Assembly (NCBI RefSeq): GCF_021869535.1
Contig: NW_026262690.1
Coordinates: forward strand, 109,244,001 to 109,308,000
DNA length: 64,000 nt
Direction: 5' to 3'
DNA from: Mytilus californianus
Taxonomy: Eukaryota
Shown piece by piece: positions 11,531-24,029 of this stretch (positions are counted from its first letter, which is position 1; every line of letters begins with the position of its first letter). The translations under genes and the position numbers were made by a program. The notes under the pieces were generated by a model. The model searched no databases. It was not told the DNA's origin and worked only from the letters and a program-made list of their open reading frames with translations.

Positions 11531-14500
11531 TTGGTCTTGACCTGAAACAGTAAAATGTTAAGTTATAAAAACAGAACGTAAAGTCAAAATAAAACAATGA
11601 TAGGATGACATATACTTGTGCAGAATTGAAGATTTTTGGTGTTGACTTCGAATATAGTACAAATATTAGATCGTTTTATGTTAAATTGAAAGACAATAAT
11701 GATGCGTAAAACATTACAGAATTATGTGAATTAAAACTGCAATTCTATGGAAAAGAATGAGGGACAAATCCCCAGGATTTTTTCATCTTCATTTGCAAGT
11801 TGATGAATATTAATGAAATTTAACTCAAGAGGCAAAATGATATACAAAGAAAGTTTTCCATAAATTCATAAAGCATAAGAATTACCCATCGCTATATATT
11901 GCACTTGAATACAGTTTTGCCGTTTATTTTACATGTTTTGTTTTGGATTTTTTTTAATGATTAAAAACCAGACTTTTTTTATGAATAATATTTAAGAAAA
12001 TATTTATCTATGTTGTGTGTTAATATATACAACATAATATTGTGGCTTTATAAGACTTATGACTGTGAGGGTCAAATTTTACTCATATCACTCCCCTTTT
12101 CCCCGAAATAAAACATAAGAATCTGGAGCCTTAAAAAAACAAAGATCAACTGATATGACAAATAATACGCTAAAGCGTAGGACTGAGGGTCAGAGCTATA
12201 TGAGAATGTGACCCCCCCCCCCCCCCCCCCCCCTCCCTCGGCCTTGTTAGAGGTTAGAGGTATCTGAAAATTGGAAAAACGCACCCTTTTCCCCCGAAAT
12301 AAAACCAAAAAATCTGGACTTAATCAAAGCCGATGCTATTTGGATTTCCATAGATTGTCGGAGACGGATTGTCAACTAGTTTGTTAAAAATTCGGCTAAG
12401 CAAGCAAAATATGTCTTGTACAGAGCCAAGATTTATTCATATTCATATCACACTTACATATTCTCGTCCTTATATGCATATGTAATATTTGCCACTGTAC
12501 ACTAAACACAAATACATTATCATCAATTCTTTTTTATGAAAAGGAGCCTATTTTAAGCACGTTTATCGATTTGACACCCTGTAATTCATGTTTTTTGGGA
12601 GATCCTCGAAAATTATAACACATTCCTTCTTTATTTGCAAAATCGCCAAGTGACGGGTGCCACATATGAAACAGGATCTGCTTACCCTTCTGGAGCACCT
12701 GAGATCACACCTTTTTTGAGGGTTTTGTGTTGCTCAGTCACTCTTTGTTTTTCAAGTTGCGCTTAATATACTGTTGTTTTGCTTTTGATCTTTTTCTCTC
12801 GTTTATTTCGGCTGATGAGTTTTTGTCATGACATTGTCAGTTTGGTTAAAAGTTTTACTATCCCTTTTGTTTCTTTCGCCTTCTTTTATCCATTTTTGTG
12901 TATTTTTTAGTTTTTTTCGATTCTCCCCTCCCCCTGAACGTTATAATAGATAGATGAATGAAAACAGAAACCCTTTTCAACAAAAGGAGATCTACAAGTA
13001 ACTCGACGTGATCGAAATTGTAAATTTCTTCCTCATTAGAGATATTGCCCTTAGGGTAGATCGGGTGTCTTCCGCCATTTTAGATTCTCATATAGCACAA
13101 CACAATCGGTCTAGATCTAAAAAAATATACAAATTTTGAGAGAGGAATGTTATTCATATGTAGCACTTTTCATCTTGATGAAGAAAATTATGTGATTTAT
13201 CTGATTAAAACGACTATTTGTTTTTGAATACAGAACGTTTTTTGCATATTTTTTTCAACTTTTCCATATAAGAGGAGATAACTCGGAATACATTTTTGTC
13301 GTTTTTTATTTTTTGCCATGGCACTGTCAGTCTGTTTTCGACTTATGAGTTTGAAATCCCTTTGGCATATTTCGTCTCTAATGATGGAATGTGTAGGGAC
13401 TTTATCTATTTTGTTTTGTAGACAGAAAACGAGTCTCGTGATCCCAATTTTCATTTTTATTTTCTAAAATTGAGTTTTCCATGTATAGTTTATACAAAAT
13501 CTGACAATACTGCATAACCTGTAGCTTGCAAAATGCTCTGTGGCCCAAACTTTTTATTATGTTTTTCAAAAAAGAATAAACTACATTTCGGCACATAATT
13601 AAAAAAAATCTACCAATTTTAATTTAGACCACACTCATGAAAACTATAAGAGAGAGAGAGAAACTGTTGACATAAAAAAAAAACATATTTACAAATTAAT
13701 CAAAGCAATACCAAAATAATTCATGCACTTTAACAATTTTTACAGATTTTTAATTTTTTTTCTTTGAAAACACATATAGATAGAGAGAAGCTGCAAAGAA
13801 CCAAGAAAATCACTATGGACAAGAAAATAAGTGACGGAAATCATTATTTAGCTTCTTATTATAAGTTATAGGGGTCATTGTTCATTAATGACTTTACCAA
13901 TTTAAAAAAATAAAATATTCTCCGAGTGGATATATATAAAAACCCTGGGCACTATCTTACTTGGTGCTGGAAAAATGGTTGGCACTGCTGTAAATGATGT
14001 ATTTTTTTTTAGAAAGTTGACGATTTAGACTGGAGGCTCTAGGTCAAATTTCATTAGGTTTCATAGACTTCATGTATGAGCGAAAAGTAAACAACAGAAT
14101 CTACCATACTTTATGTTTGGGTTGGCCCCATGCAGTAGGATTCTTCCACCTATCAATTCATTCATATGGGTACATTCGAATTTTATAGATTATTATTCAA
14201 ACAATAATTTCATTATTTTGTTTTGTTTTGTTTTTTTTTTTGGAGGGGGAGAGGTCACATTCTTTTACAGTTTTACTCTTTAGCGTATCATTTATCAGAT
14301 CTGTTGGGTTTTATTTTTTAGATTAAGTCCATATTATTTTCCTTTATTTCGGAGAAAAAGAAGGCGGTATTAAATTAAAATTATCTGATAACTCTGACAC
14401 GGATGTGGTGTTATAAGCTTTAATTTTAGTAGATCATTTCCCAGAGCATTTGATTTTTGTTAGAGAAGATAACACAGATTAAGGCATAAGACTTTGTATT

Positions 14501-15399
14501 TCCTGTCAGTGATATTTTTTTTTTCGTGTAAAAGGAATTTATACGAGAGAAAAAAAACTAATCACATGTGGATTATTATAAAAAGTCGTTTAATCTTTAC
14601 AAAAATTAACAGTTACAAAGCTTATTATGTAAACGCTGTATGAATAAACGGGAATACGGATTATGCATAACTGGGACAGCAATCCAACGACGAAAAAAAA
14701 AAATCAAAAGACATAGTGAGAGTAACACATTAAACAGAATTCATCAAAGAATTGTCATTAAAATCGAATTCTTAAAAATAACGAAAAACATCAAGTTAAG
14801 ACAATTACCGACGAGGTTCTAAGTTGACTTGGAACAGATACACGGAAATATGATTGCCACAATATTATGTTGTATATATTAAGAAACAACATAGATAGAT
14901 ATATTCTTAAATATGGTTCATCAAAAAAAATTCTGACAGATTTTGTTTTTTTTTATCCAAAAATTTGCATAAAATCCTAACAAAACATGTAGAATATGCA
15001 AAACTGTGTTCAAGTGTACTGTATAGCGATGAGTGATTCTTTTGCTTTATGAATTTATGGAAAACTTTCTGTGTATATCATTTTGCCTCTTGAGTTAAAT
15101 TTCATTAATATTGATTAACTTGCAAATGAAAAAAAAAATCCTTGGGATTTGTCCCTCGCCCTTTTCCATAGAATTGCAGTTTCAATTCACATAATTCTGT
15201 TATGTTGACGCATCATTATTGTCTTTCAATTTAACACAAAACTATCTAAACTTTGTACTATATTAGAAGTCAACACCAAAAATCTTCAATTCTGCACAAA
15301 CATATGTCATCCTATCATTGTTTTATTTTGACTTTACGTTATGTTTCTATACTGTTTCAAGTCAAGACCAAACTACTTCAAATTTACATCGTGTAGTTT

Positions 15400-16290
15400 C
15401 AAGTCAACACATTGTAAGATAAACCTCTCGTGACGTCATAATGATATAACATCGTGCTATCTTAGCTGAAAAACACGTACTTTCAACTGTACGTCGTGTA
15501 GTTTTAAATGAGCATATTATATGGCAAGCCTATCGTGATATTTTTATGATATAAGATAGTGCTATCATAGCTCAACATCACGTACTTTCAACCGTACGTC
15601 GTGTAGTTTTAAATGAGCATATCGTGGGGTAAGCCTATCGTGACATTCTAATGATATAACAACGTGCTATATTAGCTGAATAACACGTACTTTCAACTGT
15701 ACATCGTTTAGTTTTAAATGAGCATATTGTATGGCAAGCCTATCGTGATATTATTATGATATAAGATAGTGTTATCATAGCTCAACATCACGTACTTTCA
15801 ACCGTACGTCGTGTAGTTTTAAATGAGCATATCGTGCGGTAGGCCTATCGTGACATTCTAATGATATTTCAACGTGCTATCTTAGCTTAACATCACGTAC
15901 TTTCAACAGTATGTTGTGTAGTTTTAAATGAGCAAATTGTATAATAAGCCTATTGTGACATTATAATGATATAACATCGTGCTATCGTAGCTTAATATTA
16001 CAAAATTTCAACTGTACGTCGTGTAGTTTAAAGTGAGCATCTAAGCTTAACACGTTGCATCGTGTTGTTTTAAGTCAAAAAATTGTATGGTAAGGTAAGC
16101 CTTTCGTTTCAATATAGTGGTGTAGCATCGTGTTATCTTAACTTAACATCAAGTACTTCAACTGTGCATCATGGTGTTTTAAATCAACATATTGCATGAT
16201 AGGCCTATCGTATTATCACAATGATATAACATCGTACTATCTCAGCTCAACATTTATTAATAACAAGTCAGCACCATACATTTTAGCTAT
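15400..16290 (-). repeat. Inverted copy of the 105-bp tandem array in the right foldback arm
   Basis: Repeated CTTTCAAC(T/C)GTACGTCGTGTAGTTTTAAATGAGCA, the reverse complement of the left array. Confidence 0.93.
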
Positions 16291-16384
16291 TCATTTTATT
16301 TGTTATCATAGCTATCGAAGTGGATGACTGAGCAGTATCCATCTGCAAGCTAACATCATGCAACGTCAACTTCACATCATGTAG

Positions 16385-16645
16385 TGTTGTGTAATATGGT
16401 ATAATGGACGTGACATTACTACGTAGCCCGGTTCCCGGTATGATCCATTGTAAACTACCCAACTCAGGGTAAGATCTCAGATAGTTACCAGGTAACGAGA
16501 GTTGGCGTATTGGCGGGAATATAGCGAGCGAGGAAACATATTACCAGAGACATATCAGAGGATATTTGGTAAGTTAGTACAATTAGAGGCGTTGAATTGT
16601 ATTAGTAGTATTAGTATTGAGTGATAATACTCGGAAATCACATCA
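16385..16645 (+). repeat. 5' LTR (261 bp)
   Basis: Matches 23740-24029 apart from about 3 substitutions and one 29-bp net indel. Confidence 0.97.
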
Positions 16646-16646
16646 C

Positions 16647-16664
16647 TGGCGCAAAAAGCATAAA
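16647..16664 (+). promoter_or_regulatory. Primer-binding site (priming tRNA not assigned)
   Basis: TGGCGCAAAAAGC starts 1 nt after the LTR-terminal CA. Confidence 0.7.
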
Positions 16665-16911
16665 AACTTGCGTTAATTACAGTGTTTACAAATTTACTTT
16701 CGATAATTGTTTTACGTTTGGCTTAAATTAGCCGTTTGTGTAGAAATCAGACAAATAAGCCGTTATCAGAGCAAATTGGAGAAAATTAGCCATTTTTCGA
16801 AAAATTAGCCGTTTTTTGTGTGGTTAGCCACATAGCACATACACATTAATTTTTTGTTCTGTTTCAGCAACCAGTGATTTAATTGAATTGTATTTGTGTT
16901 ATCATAACATA

Positions 16912-18971
16912 ATGGCAGACTTAGCTTTTCAGAAGGAGCGTACAAAGATTAATAGCTGTACTTATGAAGAATTATTATTGTTACCTGGTGTTGGAAATGC
17001 CACAGCTGACAAGATTATCTCTTTGACATATGGTAATATTCAGTTTGAGCATCTTTCTGAAATACCAAGACTACGACTTACTGAAACTTTGATGGATTTG
17101 ATAGATTTTTCACCGGTTCCACAGCGACAAGAATACAAATCACGGACACAGTCCAGTTATGATTTACAAGATTATGTTGATTATGGTGAAGTTAAAACAT
17201 CTGGATTTCATTCGGAATATGCAAAACAAGAAGCAGAATTCAATGACTTTTCAGATTCTGACACACCTTCTGATGAATGTTTGCTTAAACCTGAGCCTGA
17301 GGAAGTCAAACGTGAGTTATCACGTCCCAGTTAAGCAATGAGCAAACCTTTAGATTACACTTTGCAGTATGGGGACCACCGGTATTCATCAAAATTGTCA
17401 AGACCTGATGAAAGAAAGACGTTACTACAAATCGAGTGTGATGACGAAGATAAAGTTCAAGATTTTTCAATTGATGGACAGTTTAAGCCACACAAGATTC
17501 AAAGAACCGATGAATTAGGGTACATTAAACCACGTACCAGATTAAATGTTGAGCAAGACATTGAAGAACGTGATTATTCACGTAACCAAAATACACAACA
17601 GCAGACATCACAATTGGGATGGCAGCAAGGTCCCAATGAGCACATTGAAAAACGTGATGATTCACGTAACTAAAATACACAACAGCAGACAAAACAATTG
17701 GGATGGCAACAAGGGCTCAACGAGCACGAACCTAGATTAGAAAGGCCAGTTCCAGTCACAAGACTCCGTCAACAGGTAGAATCACATATACCTACACCAG
17801 AAATCCGACGCAGAATACCTACACCTGAAATCCGTCGCAGTATACCTTCACCAGAAATATTTAGGGAACCAGTATATTCCTTGAGGACACCAAATCCAAC
17901 AATAAACAGAAATATGTACCCTCCAAGACCATATTTAAGTTATGGGGAGTCGCCGCAATTATTGCCTCCAGCGAAACCAAAATCAAAGAACCTAGAAATA
18001 CCCAAAGGACTGAAGTATGATGGTTCCTCAAGTTGGAAAACTTTTTACACCAAGTTTCAAAGGTATGCTGATCGTTTATCGTGGACTACCACGGAACGAA
18101 AAGACCAACTGTGTTGGTGTTTACATGGGAAAGCAGGTGATTACTATGCAAATTTACTGGATAGAGACCAAGGTGTGGATTACTTTGATTTTATTCACAA
18201 ATTTGAAAAAAGGTTTAATTTTCAAGATTTAACAGAGACTTTGCAAGTTCAGTTTATGAGTGCACGACAAAATACAAATGAGAAATTGGAAGATTGGGCA
18301 GACCGAGTTCTCTCGTTAGCCTGTAAAGCCTTTAGAAATCTTCCCAAAAGTTATATGTATACACAAGCTATCTGGAAAATATGCCAGGGATGCTCAGATA
18401 AAAAAGTTGGTCAACATGGAGCCACAGCCAGACCAACATCTGTTGAAGCAGCAATTGACCAGATAAAATGGTTCCAACATAATCACGCAGCAATATTTGG
18501 TAAACCAACCGGTAGACGCAACGCAACACCAAATCAGGATGAACCAAGTTATGATTATGATAGCGACCTAGCTGTTCACGCCATTGGTAAGACAAATACA
18601 AAGTCTGAACTGTCTAAACAAATGGAAACACTGCTAGAAAAGATGACTGCTATGGAAGCATTTCATAAGCAGGAAATTGGAGACCTTAAACAGCAACTTC
18701 AAAAACAACAGTTTCCTACACAAAATGAAGTCCAGCCAGCAGTCCAACCAATTAGCCAGCAACATCAAGGTAATCGCCAACAATGACGTAACAGGGACAA
18801 TAAGCAAGATAACCGGCGACAATCACCATTTAAAGGCGCTGGGGACCTATTCCACCTGAAAAATTAGCAAATATGGCTTGCTATTTCTGTCATCAGTTTG
18901 GACACTTGCAACGGGATTGTCCTGAATTACATTCAACGACAGGAAATAATTATACAGACCATTTAAACTAG
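16912..18971 (+). pseudogene. gag: gag: N-terminal HhH motif, capsid-like region, CCHC zinc knuckle; 3 in-frame stops and 1 frameshift
   Basis: ORFs 16888-17334, 17338-17673 and 17698-18786 are in one frame, separated by single stops. Capsid-like KYDGSSSWKTFYTKF. Knuckle CYFCHQFGHLQRDC at ~18879-18920 after a frameshift. Ends CAT TTA AAC TAG. Confidence 0.9.
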
Positions 18972-19023
18972 AAGGAGTCGGGCTAAAGGGCGGAACCCTG
19001 ACTCAGACCACACCTAACCGCCT
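18962..19023 (+). promoter_or_regulatory. -1 programmed ribosomal frameshift signal (slippery UUUAAAC plus predicted H-type pseudoknot)
   Basis: T TTA AAC in the gag frame; 6-nt spacer; stem 1 GAGTCGGG(18975-82)/CCTGACTC(18997-19004); stem 2 GGGCGG(18988-93)/CCGCCT(19018-23). The -1 frame equals the pol frame (19232-18962 = 270 nt). Confidence 0.8.
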
Positions 19024-22000
19024 AACGTTGAACACGATTTCAAACGAAAGAAACAATACACCTGTTTTGTGGATTACCCCGTTGAAAACATGTGACATGT
19101 CAACATCTACAGATACTTTGTCTAATTCATCAGTACACACAACTGATAATAATTTACAGACAGTAATTGACGTTTAGTTGCAAGATCCCGTACACTTAGG
19201 AGGAACGATTTGCCAGTAAGGCTCAGCATCTATGCTTAGATTCACTTTAAAAGTACAAGGGCAGTCTGTAATTTCGGTAGTAGATACCGCAGCAGAAGTA
19301 ACGATAATTTCTGACAAAGTTTATGAATCGCTTAGCAAAAAACCACTCATGAAAAGAAAAACAACAATGCATGCAGCAGGACGTGGTATGCACATGGATG
19401 CTTTTGTAGTGGGACCAGAAGATTTACAAATTAGCGAAAGAACATATAGGACAGATATTTATGTTGCGCCTATTGATAATGACATGCTATTAGGACTTGA
19501 TTTTCTAGTCAAGGCAAAAGTAATTTTAGACTGCAGAAAATTAATCTTTCTCATCAATGGAGAAGCACTACCTATGATTCATGGAGATGTTGGACTGGTA
19601 CCGCCTGTGAACGTTATAGCAAGAGTAGCTAAAATAACCGTTCCATATAGAACAGTCATACCTCCTAATTCAGTTGTACAATTAGAGTCAGATTTGTCAG
19701 CCGAATTAACTGATTTTATAGTTGAACCTAATAAAGAGATAGATTTGTTAATCCCACGTGGTTATTACAATGCTAGTTCTTTGCCATGTGTCAGTTTACT
19801 TAATGTAACGAACAATCTTTTATGCGAAGCAATTGAAGCTGACGTTGTTGAAATGGGGCACGCCCCGTCAGTAACCAGAGATAACAATAAACTACCGGAA
19901 CAGTTGCAGAACATATTGGATAAATCCAGTACGCTTGCTGAAGACCAAAAATCCAAAGTTGCAAATTTACTTCATGAATTTGCTGATGTTTTTGCACTAG
20001 ATGATTTTGACTTAGGAACATTCAACCACATTGAACACGAGATTGATACAGGTGATGCGCGCCCTATAAAACAACAAATAAGACGAACACCCATGTGTTT
20101 TGCACACGAAGAAGAAAACCATTTAAAGAAAATGTTAGATGCAGGTATAATAGAACCATCAATATCAGAATGGGCATCTGCCCCAGTACTTGTGCACAAG
20201 CGCGATGGCAACGTGCGCTGGTGCATTGATTACCGGAAGTTGAATTCCGTGACGAAAAAAGATGTCTATCCGCTTCCCTTGATAGACGAATGTTTGGACA
20301 CGTTGGCGGAAAACGAATGTTTTTCAAAATTGGACGCTAATAGTTCATATTATCAGATTAAAGTGAAGGACTCAGACAAGGAAAAGACTGCCTTCATCAC
20401 TAAATATGGATTATTTCACTTTGTCCGAATGAGTTTTGGCCTTTGCAATGCCCAAGGAACATATTCACGAGTAATGAATCTCGTTCTCAGAGGTTTAACA
20501 TGGAATGTTGTACTCGCCTTCCTGGACGATATTCTAGTAATGGGAAAGACATTTGAAGACCATTTACAGAATTTAAGATCAGTTTTTGAACGTTTCAGAG
20601 AGTATGGGCTCAAATTGAAACCCAGGAAATGTGATTTCTTTAAAAAGGAAATAGACTTTTTAGGCAGAACAATCAATAGAGATGGTATGGCAATTGGCAG
20701 TGAATATGTTGAAGTTGTTAAGAAATGGAAAGTACCTACGACAACAAGAGAGGTTGAACAATTTCTTGGCTTTGCTAATTATCATAGAACTTTCATCAAG
20801 AATTTTGCAGATTTATCCCACCCTTTGTATCAATTGACCGGTAAGAAACCGTACAAAAGGGGAGATCCAGCGCAGGAGGCTTTTGACAAACTTGTAGAGG
20901 CATTGACAACAACTCCGTTATTGGCATTACCCAACAATAAAGATCCGTTTATTTTGGACACAGATTCTTCCAATTTCGCAATTGGCGCAGAGTTAATACA
21001 AGTCCAAGATGGTGTAGAGTGTACCGTTGCCTTCGGAAGTTTTTCATTAAACCATGAGCAAAAACGATATTGTACGACAAGAAAAGAATTGCTTGCAGTA
21101 GTAAAATTCACCAGACATTATAGACATTACCTTTTAGGAAGAGAGTTTATAGTTCGTACAGAAAATAGCAGTTTAACATGGTTATTGCACTTTAAAGAGC
21201 CACAAGGACAACTAGCTCGATGGTTAGAGGAGCTAAGCCAGTATCACATGACAGTAAAGCACAGGCCAGGTAAAAGACACCAAAATGCGGACGCATTATC
21301 ACGTCTGCCAGATTTAGCCTGTTCACATAATAGATTATCAGCTGGAAACGTGCTAAAACACAATCTACCCTGTGGAGCATGCGACTATTGTACTCGTGCT
21401 CACCAAAGTTGGCTTGGTTTTCAAGAAAACGTAGATAACGTTATTCCGTTAGCTTCACATCAGGACTGTAAAACTTATGAGCAAACACACAATACAGGAC
21501 CATTTACAGTACTACCGAGTTCTTTGATTTCTGAGAACAATTTACTGAAACAGGACATTGCACAACATACAAATGTAATTATAAAGGACCATGCTAGACC
21601 AGATTGTTCAATATCTCATGAGGGGGACCAGAACGTGACAAGTCACGTGAATGAGAATTCAGGTACATCTCCGGTCCAGCCACAACCATTTGACAGTACC
21701 AACCGAGATACAGTAAGCCAGAACCAAAATGTTTGTCACAGCTCAGTTGAAATAGTCACTACACCACTTGGTATGTCAGTTTACGCGACATATTTGGACC
21801 TTCCAAATGTAAATGCCATTACTGAGACAGGTATAGAAGCTAGTACTTATTCACCAGAGCAATTACGTGATTATCAGTCTAAAGACCCAGACTTGGAGTT
21901 AATACTGGTATAGTTCAGGGACAAAACAGAACCATCAGAGGCTACAATATTCAGATGCAGTCCAATAGCTAAGAAATATTGGATAAACAAAGATATGTTC

Positions 22001-23371
22001 TATTTAGATGATAATGGAATATTGAGAAATTTGGACAAGAAAGACAGAACACCAAGACTTGTGGTACCAAGAGATCTTGTTGAACAAGTGATATCATTAT
22101 GTCATGATATTCCTGCTGCAGATCACCAAGGTATGAATAGGACCACATTAAGAACAAAGGCGAAATATCAATGGTATGGTATGACACAACGAATAAGAGA
22201 CTTTGTCAAAACATGCAGTACATGCAATTTACACAAGAAGCCAAACAGGAAGGCTAAATGTCCGCTTACCCAGTTTCATGCAGGTGCACCAATGAAGCGT
22301 GTCCACTTGGATTTTCTAGGACCACTGCCAGAGACGAAATTTGGGAATGCCCATGTACTAGTTATAGTTGATCAGTTTTCCAAATGGATGGAATGTATTC
22401 CGTTACCAGCACAAACTGCAGAACATACGGCAAGAGCTGCTGTGAACGAGTTTTTTTCTCGTTTTGGTTTTCTATTTCAGGTTTTTACAGACCAAGGACG
22501 CAATTTTGAAAGCAAGCTTTTGAAATCCATCTGTGAAATCTTGCAAATGCACAAAGCGAGAACTACTCCGTACAGACCATCATCAAACGGACAAGCAGAA
22601 CGTTGCAACAGAACCTTAATGAACGCCGTCCGTTGCTTCGTGTCTAAACAACAAGACAATTAGGATGAACATTTGGCACAGTTGGCAGGAGCTATTCGAT
22701 CGTCAGTTAACAGAAGTACTGGTTTTACGCCAAACATGCTGATGCTTGGGAGAGAGGTTAACCAGCCTGTTGATTTATTGTACAGCGTACCTGGTGCTAA
22801 AACAGACGAGTCACAAGATGAGTATGGGATAAGACTCCGAGATGCCATAACATCTGCATATGAAATAGCGCGCAACACGCTAAAAACTACACAGAATACC
22901 ATGAAACGTGATTATGATGTACGTATTCTGGAGAGAGAATACAAAATTGGAGACTTAGTTTATGTTTTGGACACGGCAAAAATTAAAGGTAGGGCGAAGA
23001 AATTGGACCCACCTTGGAAAGGTCCAGGACTTGTATGTGCAAAATTATCTTCGTATCTGTACAAGATAAAATTACAAAAAACTGTACTGACAATAAATCA
23101 TGACCGTTTAAAGCCATGTAAAGACAGAGAAGTACCACCCTGGTTAAAACAGTGCCAGCACCGGTTACAGGACGGTGAAGATGTAACCAAGGCAACTAAT
23201 CGAGACTTATACTGTTTGTGGAGAAAACCAGATGATGGACTGTTTATGATACAGTGTGATTTTTGTCATGAGTGGTACCATGGAGCTTGTGTAGATTTGA
23301 CACCAGAGCTGGCGGACACTATGGTAAATTTCAGATGCCTACGGTGCCAAGACTCCAGTACCGCAAGGTAA
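18962..23371 (+). pseudogene. pol: pol: aspartic protease, RT, RNase H, integrase with C-terminal PHD finger; 4 in-frame stops
   Basis: PR VVDTAAEVT; RT WCIDYRKLN, MSFGLCNA, AFLDD; RH LDTDSS, ELLAVV; IN H-H-C-C, HLDFLGP, FTDQG, NGQAERCN, WKGP; then a PHD finger. ORFs 19232-21913, 21995-22663 and 22673-23371 share one frame and are separated by TAG codons at likely Trp positions. Confidence 0.96.
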
Positions 23372-23724
23372 TTTAAAATATAAGACAGGATACTATGATG
23401 TACATATAGAGCAGATTCGTGTGTACATAGAGGATAAAGGAAATCAGTTGTAAATTTTGTTTGGAAATTACATCAACAGTGAAGATTGTTTATAATATAT
23501 ATATCAAGGAATGATATGCTAGTTATAAATTAACTCCGCAGAGCGACAACGGAGCAATTGTCGAATTTTGAAATATATATGTGTGTTGTTGAAATGTCAA
23601 CATTGGAAAATATATTTATATATATTTGGAGATTTATTTGTATCCCCGTGGTGCAACCAGACGGGGTGGACTAAAAAGTGATAGTGAGTATTCGAATACG
23701 AAGTAAACTCACTCCTTTCAAAGT

Positions 23725-23739
23725 GGGGGGGGGGGGGGG
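23725..23739 (+). promoter_or_regulatory. Polypurine tract
   Basis: G run directly 5' of the 3' LTR. Confidence 0.85.
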
Positions 23740-24029
23740 TGTGGTGTAATATGGTATAATGGACGTGACATATCTATGTAGACAGTACGGTAGTTGTATA
23801 TACCGCGTAGCCCGGTTCCCGGTATGATCCATTGTAAACTACCCAACTCAGGATAAGATCTCAGATAGTTACCAGGTAACGAGAGTTGGCGTATTGGCGG
23901 GAATATAGCGAGCGAGAAAACATATTACCAGAGACATATCAGAGGATATTTGGTAAGTTAGTACAATTAGAGGCGTTGAATTGTATTAGTAGTATTAGTA
24001 TTGAGTGATAATACTCGGAAATCACATCA
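23740..24029 (+). repeat. 3' LTR (290 bp)
   Basis: TGTGGTGTAATATGG...GGAAATCACATCA, matching the 5' LTR. Confidence 0.97.

Larger units (their letters stand above)
16385..24029 (+). mobile_element. Full-length Ty3/Gypsy LTR retrotransposon (7645 bp), coding-defective
   Basis: TG...CA LTRs at 16385-16645 and 23740-24029; 4-bp TSD GTAG/GTAC (the left foldback arm shows the empty site as GTAC); PBS-like TGGCGC after the 5' LTR; G-run PPT before the 3' LTR; gag then PR-RT-RH-IN order. Confidence 0.97.

Noticed and set aside
18815-18840. Second apparent slippery sequence (TTTAAAG) in gag
   Set aside because: Not in X XXY YYZ phase with the upstream gag frame; better explained as a 1-nt deletion.
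20515-20532. RT catalytic motif FLDD instead of YxDD
   Set aside because: A single-residue variant that may be a family trait or decay; not interpretable from one defective copy.
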